Below are positions 15,759-25,037 of a stretch of DNA of 32,000 bases, one piece after another. Under the pieces are notes generated by a model. The model saw only the letters and a program-made list of their open reading frames with translations, did no database searches and was not told the DNA's origin. Numbering within the stretch: the stretch's first letter is position 1; each line of letters opens with the position of its first letter. A program made the translations under genes and the position numbers. Source of the DNA: Erysipelotrichaceae bacterium OH741_COT-311 (lineage in GTDB: Bacteria; Bacillota_I; Bacilli_A; Erysipelotrichales; Erysipelotrichaceae); assembly GCA_003858585.1 (NCBI GenBank), contig RQZE01000009.1, positions 1 through 32,000 of the forward strand. The letters run 5' to 3'.

Positions 15759-16300
15759 TTAACGTTATATTCTTAATTATTTGCTTCCTTATAGATGCAT
15801 TACTAGGGATTATTTTTAAAAATGATTTTGCCTTAAGATCGTTTACCTTTATCCCAAGTTGTTTGTTTCTTTCTTTTATGTTGATTGTCAAAGAGAAAAA
15901 CTTGTTTGAAACAATTATTTTTACTTTTTTATGTGGTATGTTTATGGACCTTATTCATGGGGATCATTTCTTACTATATGCTTTATTATGTTTATTGTGT
16001 GGAATTATCTATCATTTATGGGCGAAACATCTTTCTGAATCCATCTTTGAACAAATTCTAATTTTAGAAGTAATTTTATTTATTAAAGAAATTCTATTAT
16101 TTATGTATTTTTCTATAAGTAAACTTATTGTCTTGTCGTTTGTCAATTTCATTGAAAGTCGTTTGTTTATTACTTTATTAGGAAATATTATTGTTATTTT
16201 GTTTTTAATTTTTGCAAATCATATACGTAAGTATTTAAATCATGATTTAGAACGTAAAAAACGACGTAATGAAGATCTGTTCGGTACACAATTTAAGTAG
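15755..16300 (+). CDS. mreD: Rod shape-determining protein MreD
   Basis: Polytopic 181-aa protein whose start overlaps the mreC stop (ATGA). Position is canonical. Confidence 0.75.
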   Translation: MINVIFLIICFLIDALLGIIFKNDFALRSFTFIPSCLFLSFMLIVKEKNLFETIIFTFLCGMFMDLIHGDHFLLYALLCLLCGIIYHLWAKHLSESIFEQILILEVILFIKEILLFMYFSISKLIVLSFVNFIESRLFITLLGNIIVILFLIFANHIRKYLNHDLERKKRRNEDLFGTQFK

Positions 16301-16308
16301 GAGGTTTT

Positions 16309-17010
16309 ATGAAAAGAATCTTAATCATACTGTTGTGTTTTATACTATCCGCTTGCCATAGTGCAAAGGATTTAAAAAGTAATTTAGATGCATCCTTACA
16401 ACATTTAGAGAACATACAGTATAAAACATCAGTTAGTCATCGTAAGCCGTTGTATAGTTATTATTTACAAAAAGGTGTTGGGAGTGTAGATAGTTATCAA
16501 TTTGGCAGTCTGTTGAAGTATCAAGATGCCTACTTTGTTATGAACTTAAATGCGCAATCCATTATTAATGAAAAGTTTTATAAGAATACACTGGTAGAAC
16601 AGCAAGTGGATCACAAAAAGCGTATCTATCAACGTGAAAGTGAATACGTTGATTATAATGGGAAATCCAATGCATATAAACTCGAAGTGTTTGATATGGA
16701 TGGTGAGTGTTTCATATATTTAACTACAGATTTATTTGAGTTTTATGCTCAAGTTGCAAATGTTGATGTAGAACCAATTAGTTATCAGATGTTGAAGATT
16801 GCTAAAACGGTGAAGGTTGATAAAGAAAAAGTAATTAGTTTATATTCCAATAAAGAATCCATTGAATACGTAAAACAACAAGTGAAATTGTTTGAAGTTG
16901 CGATTCCGGAAAGTGGACGTTTGGATGAAATGGTAAAGGGAAATAAACAAGTTCAAGAAGGCGAAGAAGAGCCAAGTGTAGATGATTTTGGAAATGATGG
17001 AGATTACTAG
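16309..17010 (+). CDS. Lipoprotein of unknown function, co-operonic with mreCD/murC
   Basis: Lipobox ILSAC, acidic C-terminal tail. AGGAGG overlaps the mreD stop; 8-nt gap. Confidence 0.7.
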   Translation: MKRILIILLCFILSACHSAKDLKSNLDASLQHLENIQYKTSVSHRKPLYSYYLQKGVGSVDSYQFGSLLKYQDAYFVMNLNAQSIINEKFYKNTLVEQQVDHKKRIYQRESEYVDYNGKSNAYKLEVFDMDGECFIYLTTDLFEFYAQVANVDVEPISYQMLKIAKTVKVDKEKVISLYSNKESIEYVKQQVKLFEVAIPESGRLDEMVKGNKQVQEGEEEPSVDDFGNDGDY

Positions 17011-17018
17011 GAGGACGT

Positions 17019-17630
17019 ATGAAAAAATTATTTAATTTATTATTTGAAGATGAAAAGACGGAAGATGTATTGGTTCCGGAAGAGCCACCGGTGGTAGAAA
17101 CAAAAACAGAATTTAAAAAGGTTGATTTGGATGAAGCTCCTACAACTAAAGTGGAAGCCGAGAAACCAAAGGTTGTGGAAAAACCAAAAACGGAAATGAA
17201 GAATCGTATTGATTATGATGATATTTCAGGAGTTTCTAAACCCAAAATGACTCGTGTTAAACCACAACAACCTACTATAGAATATGAATTTCGTGCGCCA
17301 ATATCTCCTATTTTTGGTATTTTAGATTCTAAAAGTGAACAACATCAAACAAAGGTAGCAACGCATGCTCCACAAAAACCTACAAGTAAAACAAGTGCGG
17401 TTATTTCACCGATTTATGGATTGGGAAATAATACAGAACAGTTAGTTGTAAAAAATATTAGTAAAAAGGAATCTGTAGAAAATAAAGTTGAAGAAGACTT
17501 TGATAACATTTCCATTGATGAAATTTTAAGCCAGCATCAATCAAGTCCTTTGGAAGAAAAAACAATGAAAAACATTGAAGATGAAGTGATCATGAATAAG
17601 AACATTAGTCTATTTGATGAAGAAGTGTAG
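17019..17630 (+). CDS. Acidic, Pro/Lys/Glu-rich predicted disordered protein with N-terminal amphipathic helix
   Basis: SD AGGAGGA. MKKLFNLLFEDE N-terminus. Two ISPI[FY]G motifs (nt 17301-17318 and 17403-17420). No recognisable domain. Confidence 0.65.
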   Translation: MKKLFNLLFEDEKTEDVLVPEEPPVVETKTEFKKVDLDEAPTTKVEAEKPKVVEKPKTEMKNRIDYDDISGVSKPKMTRVKPQQPTIEYEFRAPISPIFGILDSKSEQHQTKVATHAPQKPTSKTSAVISPIYGLGNNTEQLVVKNISKKESVENKVEEDFDNISIDEILSQHQSSPLEEKTMKNIEDEVIMNKNISLFDEEV

Positions 17631-17638
17631 GTAACGTT

Positions 17639-18946
17639 ATGATTTTTTTTATAGGAATTAAGGGTACTGGAATGGCTGCATTGGCTTGTATGTTGCATGA
17701 TTTAGGGTATGAAGTGGCTGGTAGTGACTTAAGCAAGCATTTTTTTACAGAAGAACCTCTTGTAGAGCGCAATATCGCTATTTATGACTTTAGTGCAAAT
17801 AATATTAAAGATGATATGACGGTTATTATAGGGAATGCATTTTTAGATGACTTTGAAGAAGTTGTAGCAGCACATCAAAATAACACAGTGAAAACCTATC
17901 GATATCATGAATACTTGGGGAAACTTATGCGTGAGTATACCTCTTTTAGTGTAGCTGGAAGTCATGGTAAAACTACAACAACTGGAATGCTTTCATCGGT
18001 CATGAATCAACATATACCTACTGGCTATTTAGTTGGAGATGGCACAGGATTTCTAACGAAAGAGTGTCAGAATTTAATTGTAGAATCTTGTGAATTTCGT
18101 CGTCATTTTCTAAAGTATTATCCTGAATATGCGATCATTACAAATATTGAAATTGATCATATTGATTATTTTAAAGATGAAGAAGATTACCGCATGGCTT
18201 ATCAAGAGTTTGTTGAAAATGTTGGTAAACTTGTTGTACTATTTGGAGATGATCCAGAGTGTCGAAAACTTAATATTAAGAAAGAGCATTACTTTTATGG
18301 TTTAAAGGAAGACAATGATTTTCAAGCGGTTAATCTTGTTGAAACGGAAGTGGATATGAGTTTTGATGTAGTATTCCATAAAGAACATATCGGTCATTTT
18401 CAAGTTCCTTTTGTTGGAACGCACTTGCTTTGGAATGCTTTAGGAGTGATTGCTTTGGCACATTTAGTTGGCTTATCTTGTAAACAAATTGAAGAAGGAT
18501 TACATGCATTTAAAGGTGTTAAGCGTCGTTATGTAATGGAAAAACATCAAGACAATGTTTTTGTTGATGATTATGCTCATCATCCAACAGAGGTTAAAGT
18601 TACCATTTTAGCCACTAAAAAACGTTTCCCAAATAAAAAAATTATTGCTATTTTTAAGCCACATCGTGCAAGTAGGGTTTATCATTTTGCAAAAGAGTTT
18701 AAAGAGGCTTTAGAACTTGCTGATGAGGTATATTTATGTGATTTTACAAGCATTGATGATAAACAAGATGGTATTGATATTGATATTACTTATCTTCAAA
18801 ATAAGATAGAAAACTCAAAAATTTTAAGTGAGGATGAAGAAGGTGCTAAAGTGTTAGCACAATACCATAATGTGGTGTATTTATTTATGTCGAGTAAAGA
18901 TATTTATCATTTAGCTCATTTAGTAAAGCGTTATCAACTATCTTGA
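17639..18946 (+). CDS. murC: UDP-N-acetylmuramate--L-alanine ligase
   Basis: FIGIKGTGMAALACMLHDLGYEVAGSD N-terminus, P-loop GSHGKTTTTGM, DDYAHHPTE motif. Confidence 0.9.
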   Translation: MIFFIGIKGTGMAALACMLHDLGYEVAGSDLSKHFFTEEPLVERNIAIYDFSANNIKDDMTVIIGNAFLDDFEEVVAAHQNNTVKTYRYHEYLGKLMREYTSFSVAGSHGKTTTTGMLSSVMNQHIPTGYLVGDGTGFLTKECQNLIVESCEFRRHFLKYYPEYAIITNIEIDHIDYFKDEEDYRMAYQEFVENVGKLVVLFGDDPECRKLNIKKEHYFYGLKEDNDFQAVNLVETEVDMSFDVVFHKEHIGHFQVPFVGTHLLWNALGVIALAHLVGLSCKQIEEGLHAFKGVKRRYVMEKHQDNVFVDDYAHHPTEVKVTILATKKRFPNKKIIAIFKPHRASRVYHFAKEFKEALELADEVYLCDFTSIDDKQDGIDIDITYLQNKIENSKILSEDEEGAKVLAQYHNVVYLFMSSKDIYHLAHLVKRYQLS

Positions 18947-18989
18947 AAATGTTTTCATTTTTAGTATAATTAATATTGAGGTGATAGTT

Positions 18990-19337
18990 GTGCTAGATGA
19001 ATTATTGTTATCTGCCTATGAAGTATCTAAGTTATTACTACCTATTCTTGGAGTAATTGTATTGTTCTTTTTGGCAGTTTTTTTTAGGAAACTTATTAAA
19101 CTTATTGAATTAATTATGTTAGACATTAAAGGATTGGATAAGACGGTTGATTTAGTGAATCAAAGTATTGAAAAAGCTCAAAAGCCGTTAGATACAGCTG
19201 TTAAATTTTCAGGCTCTTTAGATAATATGCATGATAAAAGTGTAACAGCGTTAAAAAATGTAGTCGATTATGCATCAAATAATGTGGATAATATCAAAGA
19301 TTATATTAGTGGTGTAAAAAAAGAAAGTAAGGAGTAA
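18990..19337 (+). CDS. DUF948/YtxG-like membrane-anchored coiled-coil protein
   Basis: One N-terminal TM helix followed by a helical region. GTG 18990 is preferred (GAGGTGA 5 nt upstream) over GTG 18981. Sits after murC, as I recall for B. subtilis ytxG. Confidence 0.5.
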   Translation: MLDELLLSAYEVSKLLLPILGVIVLFFLAVFFRKLIKLIELIMLDIKGLDKTVDLVNQSIEKAQKPLDTAVKFSGSLDNMHDKSVTALKNVVDYASNNVDNIKDYISGVKKESKE

Positions 19338-19340
19338 TAC

Positions 19341-20243
19341 ATGGAAGACAACGTTGATAAAATTGTACAAGAAGTAAAAGAAAAAGTTGATAAAATCAAT
19401 GAAGAATTTAATGAAAAATCACAAGTAGAACAGAAAATTGATGACATAAAAGCATCAACTTCGAAAGTGATTGATCAATCTATTCAAAAAATTAATGAAT
19501 TAAAAGATCATGAGAAGACGAAAGAATTCGTTGAAGGAGCAAAATCGAAAACAAAAGAAGTGGTTTCAGGTGTTAAAGATTTAACAGAGAAAACAGTCAC
19601 GAAACTTCAAGCTGGTTTTCAAGAGTTAAAAGAAAATGAAACAGTAAAACAGGTTGTAGATAAAGTAGTAACAACAACATCAAATCTTGTAAGTGAAACA
19701 TCAAAAAAAGTAAATGAATTAAAAAAATCAATGGATAAAAAACCGGAGAATGCTATTGTGGAAGAAGTAAAAGATACAGTGGAAACAATGCAGGAAGATG
19801 TTGTGACTTATGATGAAGCAAAAGAAAAACTTGAAGAAGCCAAAGAAGTTGTTGAAGATGTAAAACAAGAGGTTGCAGAAGAAATGAAGGATGCTGTAGA
19901 AGCTTCACAGGAAGTTGTACAAGACATTAAAGAAGAAGTTAAAAAAGTGGATTCTAAAGATGTGATTGAACATGTAAAAGACTTTACTGAAAAAGCGATT
20001 CATAAGATTCAAGAAAATGTTTCTGATTTCGCTTCCAATGAACATGTCAAACAGGCTGTAGATAAAGCTTCCACTATGACATCAAATGTTGTAAAAGTAA
20101 CTAGCAAGAAAATAAATGAAATTGCACATGATCCAACGGTTGTTAAAACGGTAAAACAGGTTCAAACAGTCAGTAAACAAGTTGCAGATAAAACGGTAGA
20201 AACAGTAAAAGAATTATTTGATACGAAAAAAAATAATCAATAG
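19341..20243 (+). CDS. Coiled-coil, Lys/Glu/Val-rich repeat protein (YtxH/LEA/apolipoprotein-like)
   Basis: 300 aa, no TM helix. Internal 53-aa duplication: residues 77-129 vs 211-263 share 27/53 identities, gapless, by hand alignment. Confidence 0.6.
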   Translation: MEDNVDKIVQEVKEKVDKINEEFNEKSQVEQKIDDIKASTSKVIDQSIQKINELKDHEKTKEFVEGAKSKTKEVVSGVKDLTEKTVTKLQAGFQELKENETVKQVVDKVVTTTSNLVSETSKKVNELKKSMDKKPENAIVEEVKDTVETMQEDVVTYDEAKEKLEEAKEVVEDVKQEVAEEMKDAVEASQEVVQDIKEEVKKVDSKDVIEHVKDFTEKAIHKIQENVSDFASNEHVKQAVDKASTMTSNVVKVTSKKINEIAHDPTVVKTVKQVQTVSKQVADKTVETVKELFDTKKNNQ

Positions 20244-20256
20244 AAAGAGGTAAGTG

Positions 20257-21252
20257 ATGAAAAGAGTAACTATATATGATGTTGCAAAAGATTCAGGTGT
20301 ATCACTTGCTACGGTTTCACGTGTTATTAATGGATCAGAAGTTGTAAAAGAAGCTACAAGATTAAAAGTGGAAGAATCTATTGAACGCTTAGGTTATAAG
20401 CCAAATGCCATTGCTCAAGGATTAGCATTACAAAAGACAACGACAATTGGTTTGGTTATTCCGGAAGCAAGCTTTACGTATGTGGGACAAATTATTAATG
20501 GGCTATTGGATGTATCTCGTATCTATAACTATAATATTATGTTACACACGACTACAGAAGGAATTGTTGATGTTAGTGAAATTGTAGATGTTATTATTAA
20601 ATCAAGAGTAGATGGTGTCATCATTTATAATGACAAATTGTTAAAAGATGAATTAGATATGCTAACAAAATACAATATTCCAATTGTGATTATCGGTAAT
20701 AAAGTATCCAAGGAGGGGATTTGTTCTGTCTATGTGGATATTGAAAAAGCAATCGATGAATTGATTAAACAATATTTACAAAAAGGAATTAAAGATATTG
20801 CGGTTTTAGAAGATCGTAAAAATAAGTACGCAACGAGTCAAATGGTAGCAGGGGCTAAAAAAGCCTTTGAAGAATATGGAATGACATTTAAGAATATAAT
20901 TGAGATACCAAATGAATATCGTACTTCTTATAAGTTTTTAAAAGAGTATTTAAAAGACCATAAACATCAATTAATTATTGCAAATCGTGATTCACAGGTT
21001 ATGGCAATTTGTAATGCTGCTAATGAAAATGGTGTTTCAGTTCCGGATGAAATGGAAGTGGTATGTGTAATTGATACAAAATATAACTCAATGGTACGTC
21101 CACAAATATCTTCCTTTGTTATACCATCGTATGATTTAGGTGCAGTTTCTATGCGTGTAATGACAAAGATGTTACAAGATGAAACAATTGAATCAAAGGA
21201 AAAGAAATTAACTTATGTTTTTAAGTCAAGACAATCTACAAAAGTTGTATAG
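20257..21252 (+). CDS. ccpA: LacI-family transcriptional regulator, CcpA-like
   Basis: HTH TIYDVAKDSGVSLATVSRVING. C-terminus PSYDLGAVSMRVMTKMLQDE...KSRQSTK parallels B. subtilis CcpA. ATG 20257 is preferred (AAAGAGG 6 nt upstream). Confidence 0.65.
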   Translation: MKRVTIYDVAKDSGVSLATVSRVINGSEVVKEATRLKVEESIERLGYKPNAIAQGLALQKTTTIGLVIPEASFTYVGQIINGLLDVSRIYNYNIMLHTTTEGIVDVSEIVDVIIKSRVDGVIIYNDKLLKDELDMLTKYNIPIVIIGNKVSKEGICSVYVDIEKAIDELIKQYLQKGIKDIAVLEDRKNKYATSQMVAGAKKAFEEYGMTFKNIIEIPNEYRTSYKFLKEYLKDHKHQLIIANRDSQVMAICNAANENGVSVPDEMEVVCVIDTKYNSMVRPQISSFVIPSYDLGAVSMRVMTKMLQDETIESKEKKLTYVFKSRQSTKVV

Positions 21253-21282
21253 TTGACTTTACATAGCTGTTGTGGTTATAAT
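21253..21282 (+). promoter_or_regulatory. Sigma-A type promoter of the tyrS leader
   Basis: TTGACT (21253-21258), 18-nt spacer, TATAAT (21277-21282). Confidence 0.7.
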
Positions 21283-21288
21283 TTTAAA

Positions 21289-21490
21289 AAGCAATGCGAA
21301 GAAATAGTAACTAAGGAAATGCTGTTTAGAGAGATTATGGTTGGTGAAAATAATCAGGCAACGTAGTGAATACAACTTCAAGCTTCTTATTGAAAAGATA
21401 AGACGGAAACCCCGTTACGGTTTAAGGCATGATATGCAAATTAAGGTGGTACCACGCAAGAGCGTCCTTTTAGGACGTTTTTTATTTAAG
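21289..21490 (+). promoter_or_regulatory. T-box riboswitch leader, tyrosine specifier (UAC)
   Basis: AGAGA box at 21328-21332. Specifier-loop context GTGAA-TAC-A with UAC at 21371-21373. T-box core AAGGTGGTACCACG at 21443-21456. Hairpin CGTCC-TTTTA-GGACG plus a U-run at 21463-21485. Confidence 0.85.
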
Positions 21491-21502
21491 AAGGAGAAGA
21501 GT

Positions 21503-22729
21503 ATGAATTTATTTGAAGAATTAACATGGCGCGGTTTAGTAAAAGACATTAGTGATGAAGCTTTAATTGACAAGTTAAATCAAGGTGGTTTGACATTTTA
21601 TATTGGAACAGATCCTACTGCTGATTCATTACACATTGGACATTATTCTTCGTTTTTAATTTCGAAACGATTAGCTAAGGCAGGACATCATCCAATTTTA
21701 TTGGTTGGTGGAGCAACAGGATTAATTGGTGATCCAAAACCAGATAGTGAAAGACCAATGATTACCAAAGAAGAAGTGTTACATAACTTTTATGGATTAA
21801 AGGCACAAGCTGAAAAGGTGTTTGGTTTTGAAGTTGTAAATAACTTTGATTGGATTAAAGATATTTCAACTATTGATTTTCTACGTGATTATGGCAAATA
21901 CTTTAATGTAAACTATATGCTTGCCAAAGATAAAGTGAAATCTCGTTTGGAATCAGGCATTACTTATGCTGAATTTTCTTATATGATTTTACAAGCTTTA
22001 GATTTCTTACATTTATATCAAACACGTAATTGTGTCTTGCAAGTTGCAGGAAGTGATCAATGGGGAAATATTACATCTGGAATTGAATTGATTAAAAAGA
22101 AATTGAATAAAACAGCTTATGGTATGGTTATGCCACTTGTCACAGATTCTGCCGGTGTTAAGTTTGGTAAAACAGAAGGTAATGCATTATGGATTGATGA
22201 AAATAAAACATCAAGTTATGAATTATATCAATATCTAATTAATCTTGAGGATTCTATGATTATTGAATATTTAAAGAAATTAACATTTTTATCAAAAGAA
22301 GAGATTGAAACAATAGAACAAGATCATTTGGATCATCCTGAACTTCGTAATGCTCATAAAGCGTTAGCTAAAGAAGTCATTACAGATTTACATGGAGCTA
22401 TGGCTTATGAAAAAGCTTTATCCATTTCAACGTTATTATTCAAAGGTGATATTAAACAAATTGCTTCGAAAGATTTAAAGACAGGCTTAGCTGCTAGTCC
22501 TAAATCAAATATTAAAGATCAATCATTGTTAATTGATGTATTAGTTGAAATACAAGCTTGCAAGAGTAAACGCGAGGCAAGAGAATTGATACAAGGATCA
22601 AGTATTATGGTGAATGGTGACAAGGTAACAGACTTAAATTATGTAATTAAAAAAGAGGATGCCTTTGATCAAGAATTTACGATTATACGCAAAGGGAAGA
22701 AACATTATTTTGTATGTAATTTCAATTAA
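21503..22729 (+). CDS. tyrS: Tyrosine--tRNA ligase
   Basis: Start at ATG 21503 (AAGGAGAAG upstream). HIGH-type motif SLHIGH, KMSKS-type motif KFGKT, C-terminal S4 domain. Confidence 0.92.
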   Translation: MNLFEELTWRGLVKDISDEALIDKLNQGGLTFYIGTDPTADSLHIGHYSSFLISKRLAKAGHHPILLVGGATGLIGDPKPDSERPMITKEEVLHNFYGLKAQAEKVFGFEVVNNFDWIKDISTIDFLRDYGKYFNVNYMLAKDKVKSRLESGITYAEFSYMILQALDFLHLYQTRNCVLQVAGSDQWGNITSGIELIKKKLNKTAYGMVMPLVTDSAGVKFGKTEGNALWIDENKTSSYELYQYLINLEDSMIIEYLKKLTFLSKEEIETIEQDHLDHPELRNAHKALAKEVITDLHGAMAYEKALSISTLLFKGDIKQIASKDLKTGLAASPKSNIKDQSLLIDVLVEIQACKSKREARELIQGSSIMVNGDKVTDLNYVIKKEDAFDQEFTIIRKGKKHYFVCNFN

Positions 22730-22757
22730 GGATTTATTTATGGATAAATCCTTTTTA
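22729..22757 (+). terminator. Intrinsic terminator of tyrS
   Basis: Perfect 9-bp stem AGGATTTAT / ATAAATCCT with a 6-nt loop, followed by TTTTAT. Confidence 0.7.
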
Positions 22758-22823
22758 TAAAAGGTATCAACTTTCATAGTTATGCTTATAAATTTGTGCT
22801 AGAATGATAGGGAGGAAAATGGA

Positions 22824-23399
22824 ATGAAGAAATTACTGTTATTATGCTTATCCCTATTTTTGTTTGGTTGTGGTAGTGTAAAAGAAAAAGAGCAGCCAGC
22901 AAATATACGATATAAAGATATATATAAATTAATTATTGATAACGATAAATTCCTTGATACATCTATGTATTATGATTTTTCAGTTGATATAGTGGCTTTA
23001 AAAGATGGTACTTATCGTTATTATGTGTTTATTGATAATCCACAAGTGGCGATGTATGATATTGAGGTTTTGATGATTGATCAAGATATTCATACATTGG
23101 ATATGGAAACAATGTCTCCATCCATTGGTATTTATGAAAATAAAGAATATAACATGATTCCATATCAAGTAAATATAGAGGATAACTTTGTAAAAGGGTT
23201 AGTGTTGAGTGGTATTACAACAAAAAAAGATATTACTTTAAAAGGTGTTATACAATGGAAAAATAGTAATCGTTCCATTACATATAAGGAATATATTACT
23301 ACTAAGAAACATATGATAAAAGAACCTGAAGTAGAAGAGACAACAACACCAGAAAACAATAGCGAAGAAAAAGAGACAGAAAAGAAGACTAATGAATAG
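22824..23399 (+). CDS. Lipoprotein of unknown function
   Basis: SD GGGAGGA. Lipobox LFGCGS. Glu/Thr-rich C-terminal tail. Confidence 0.7.
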   Translation: MKKLLLLCLSLFLFGCGSVKEKEQPANIRYKDIYKLIIDNDKFLDTSMYYDFSVDIVALKDGTYRYYVFIDNPQVAMYDIEVLMIDQDIHTLDMETMSPSIGIYENKEYNMIPYQVNIEDNFVKGLVLSGITTKKDITLKGVIQWKNSNRSITYKEYITTKKHMIKEPEVEETTTPENNSEEKETEKKTNE

Positions 23400-23414
23400 T
23401 GCTATGAAGGGTTT

Positions 23415-25037
23415 ATGACGAATAAAAAACAATCATTGATTAAAGGAGCTTTAACGGGTTCTGCGGGAATTTTCTTTACAAAATTATTAGGACTACTATA
23501 TGTAGTTCCTTTAAATGCCATGGCCACAACAACAAACATGGCTTTTTATTCTGCTGCATACACATATTATGACTTATTGCTGAATGTTTGTATTGCAGGA
23601 ATTCCCTTTGCAGTAGCTACGATGGTAGCTAAGTATTTAAATCGTAAAGATTATCAAACTGTTTTGATGATTCGTAAATTATCCTCAATGGTGTTATTTA
23701 TATCCGGTATTATTGTTGGCTTGATTTTTTTTGCTTTAGCACATCCTTTGGCATATTGGGTAATGGGTGCTAAAAATGCTCTGGAAAATGATGTAAAAAT
23801 TCTAACGGATTTATATCGTATATTATCGTTAGCGATTGTTGCGGTTTCCTCTTTAAGTGCCATTCGAGGTTTTTATCAAGGACTTAAGGATATGAAGGTG
23901 TATGCTTTTTCACAGGTAATTGAGCAAGTCGTACGTATCTCTTTTATGTTGGTTATGGGCTTTGTTGTGGTGTATTTCTTTAAGATGGATCGCATCTATG
24001 TTATTTATATGTGTATTTTAGCAGCTTTTGTTGCGGCATTTGTAACGATTATTTATATGTTTCGCTACGACCGTATCCATAGTAAACCAATCAAAAAATT
24101 AGCGTTAGCTCAAACGTTTAAAAGTCATTTATCTGCAAAAGATATTATTAAAGAACTATATTATTTTGGCTTACCTTTTTTACTTGTTGTAATTTTAGGA
24201 AGTAGTATGAATATTGTAAATACCAACTTTTTCTTTATCACAACTACTGATATTTTAACCAAAAATCAAGCAAAAGAGGTATATGGTATCATACAAGTTA
24301 ATGCCAATAAGTTAACTTCTATTCCTCAAACCTTAGCATTAGGTTTTTCGACTGGATTAGTACCTTATATTACAGAAGCTTTTGAAAATAAAAATTATCA
24401 AGAACTTCGTAAAAATATTTTAGATATTTTTGATACCGTTATCTATATATGTTTTCCACTTAGTTTTTGTTTACTAATCATGGCAGGAGAAATCTATTAT
24501 GTGATGTATGGGGTTAGTATTTATGGTCAAGAACTTGTCGCTTGGTCAAGCTTACTTGCCATTACCGGTACCATATCTCCAATATGTTCTTCTTTAATGA
24601 TGACGTTACGATTGCGTAAAGCGAATCTGATTTATATTTTTGTTGGCTTTATCGTAAAGCTGGTAAGTTTCTTTATTCTAATTAAATTTACCGGTTATAC
24701 TGGAGCCATTACTTCCAGTGTTCTTAGCTCATTGGTTGTTATTGTTTTATGTTTAAGACACTTAAGCCATGAATATCATATTTCCTATAAGCGTATTGCA
24801 CGAAGATTTTTAGTTGTCGCAATTGGTTTATTAAGTATGAATGGACTATTATTTTGTTTAAAGAGTTTTGGTTTTATCGTAAATTACCAATCAAAGTTAC
24901 AAGGATTAGTTGTTTTAGCTATTTATGGGATTTTACTTATGATTACGTATCTGTTGGTTACTTCCACATTTAATCTACCGCAAAGAATATTTAAAGTGAA
25001 ATCTCTTTCTAGTATATTAAGAGGCAGAAGAAGATGA
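23415..25037 (+). CDS. MOP-superfamily flippase (MurJ/YtgP/SpoVB-like polysaccharide biosynthesis protein)
   Basis: 540 aa with about 14 TM segments. Architecture and position next to rsuA resemble B. subtilis ytgP (from memory). Confidence 0.7.
   Translation: MTNKKQSLIKGALTGSAGIFFTKLLGLLYVVPLNAMATTTNMAFYSAAYTYYDLLLNVCIAGIPFAVATMVAKYLNRKDYQTVLMIRKLSSMVLFISGIIVGLIFFALAHPLAYWVMGAKNALENDVKILTDLYRILSLAIVAVSSLSAIRGFYQGLKDMKVYAFSQVIEQVVRISFMLVMGFVVVYFFKMDRIYVIYMCILAAFVAAFVTIIYMFRYDRIHSKPIKKLALAQTFKSHLSAKDIIKELYYFGLPFLLVVILGSSMNIVNTNFFFITTTDILTKNQAKEVYGIIQVNANKLTSIPQTLALGFSTGLVPYITEAFENKNYQELRKNILDIFDTVIYICFPLSFCLLIMAGEIYYVMYGVSIYGQELVAWSSLLAITGTISPICSSLMMTLRLRKANLIYIFVGFIVKLVSFFILIKFTGYTGAITSSVLSSLVVIVLCLRHLSHEYHISYKRIARRFLVVAIGLLSMNGLLFCLKSFGFIVNYQSKLQGLVVLAIYGILLMITYLLVTSTFNLPQRIFKVKSLSSILRGRRR

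Noticed and set aside
18940-18975. Weak hairpin TGAAAATGTTTTCA after murC considered as a terminator
   Set aside because: The stem is AT-only and the loop would be only 2-4 nt. The region is better explained as the promoter (TATAAT at 18964-18969) for the next gene.
21341-21502. 54-codon N-terminal extension of tyrS in the ORF track
   Set aside because: It covers the T-box leader and its terminator. The real start is ATG 21503, which has an SD and the conserved MNLFEELTWRG N-terminus.
23165-23863. ORFs 23165-23359 (-), 23238-23432 (-), 23654-23863 (-)
   Set aside because: Antisense to the lipoprotein and MurJ-like genes; hydrophobic products are typical of antisense frames in A/T-rich coding DNA.
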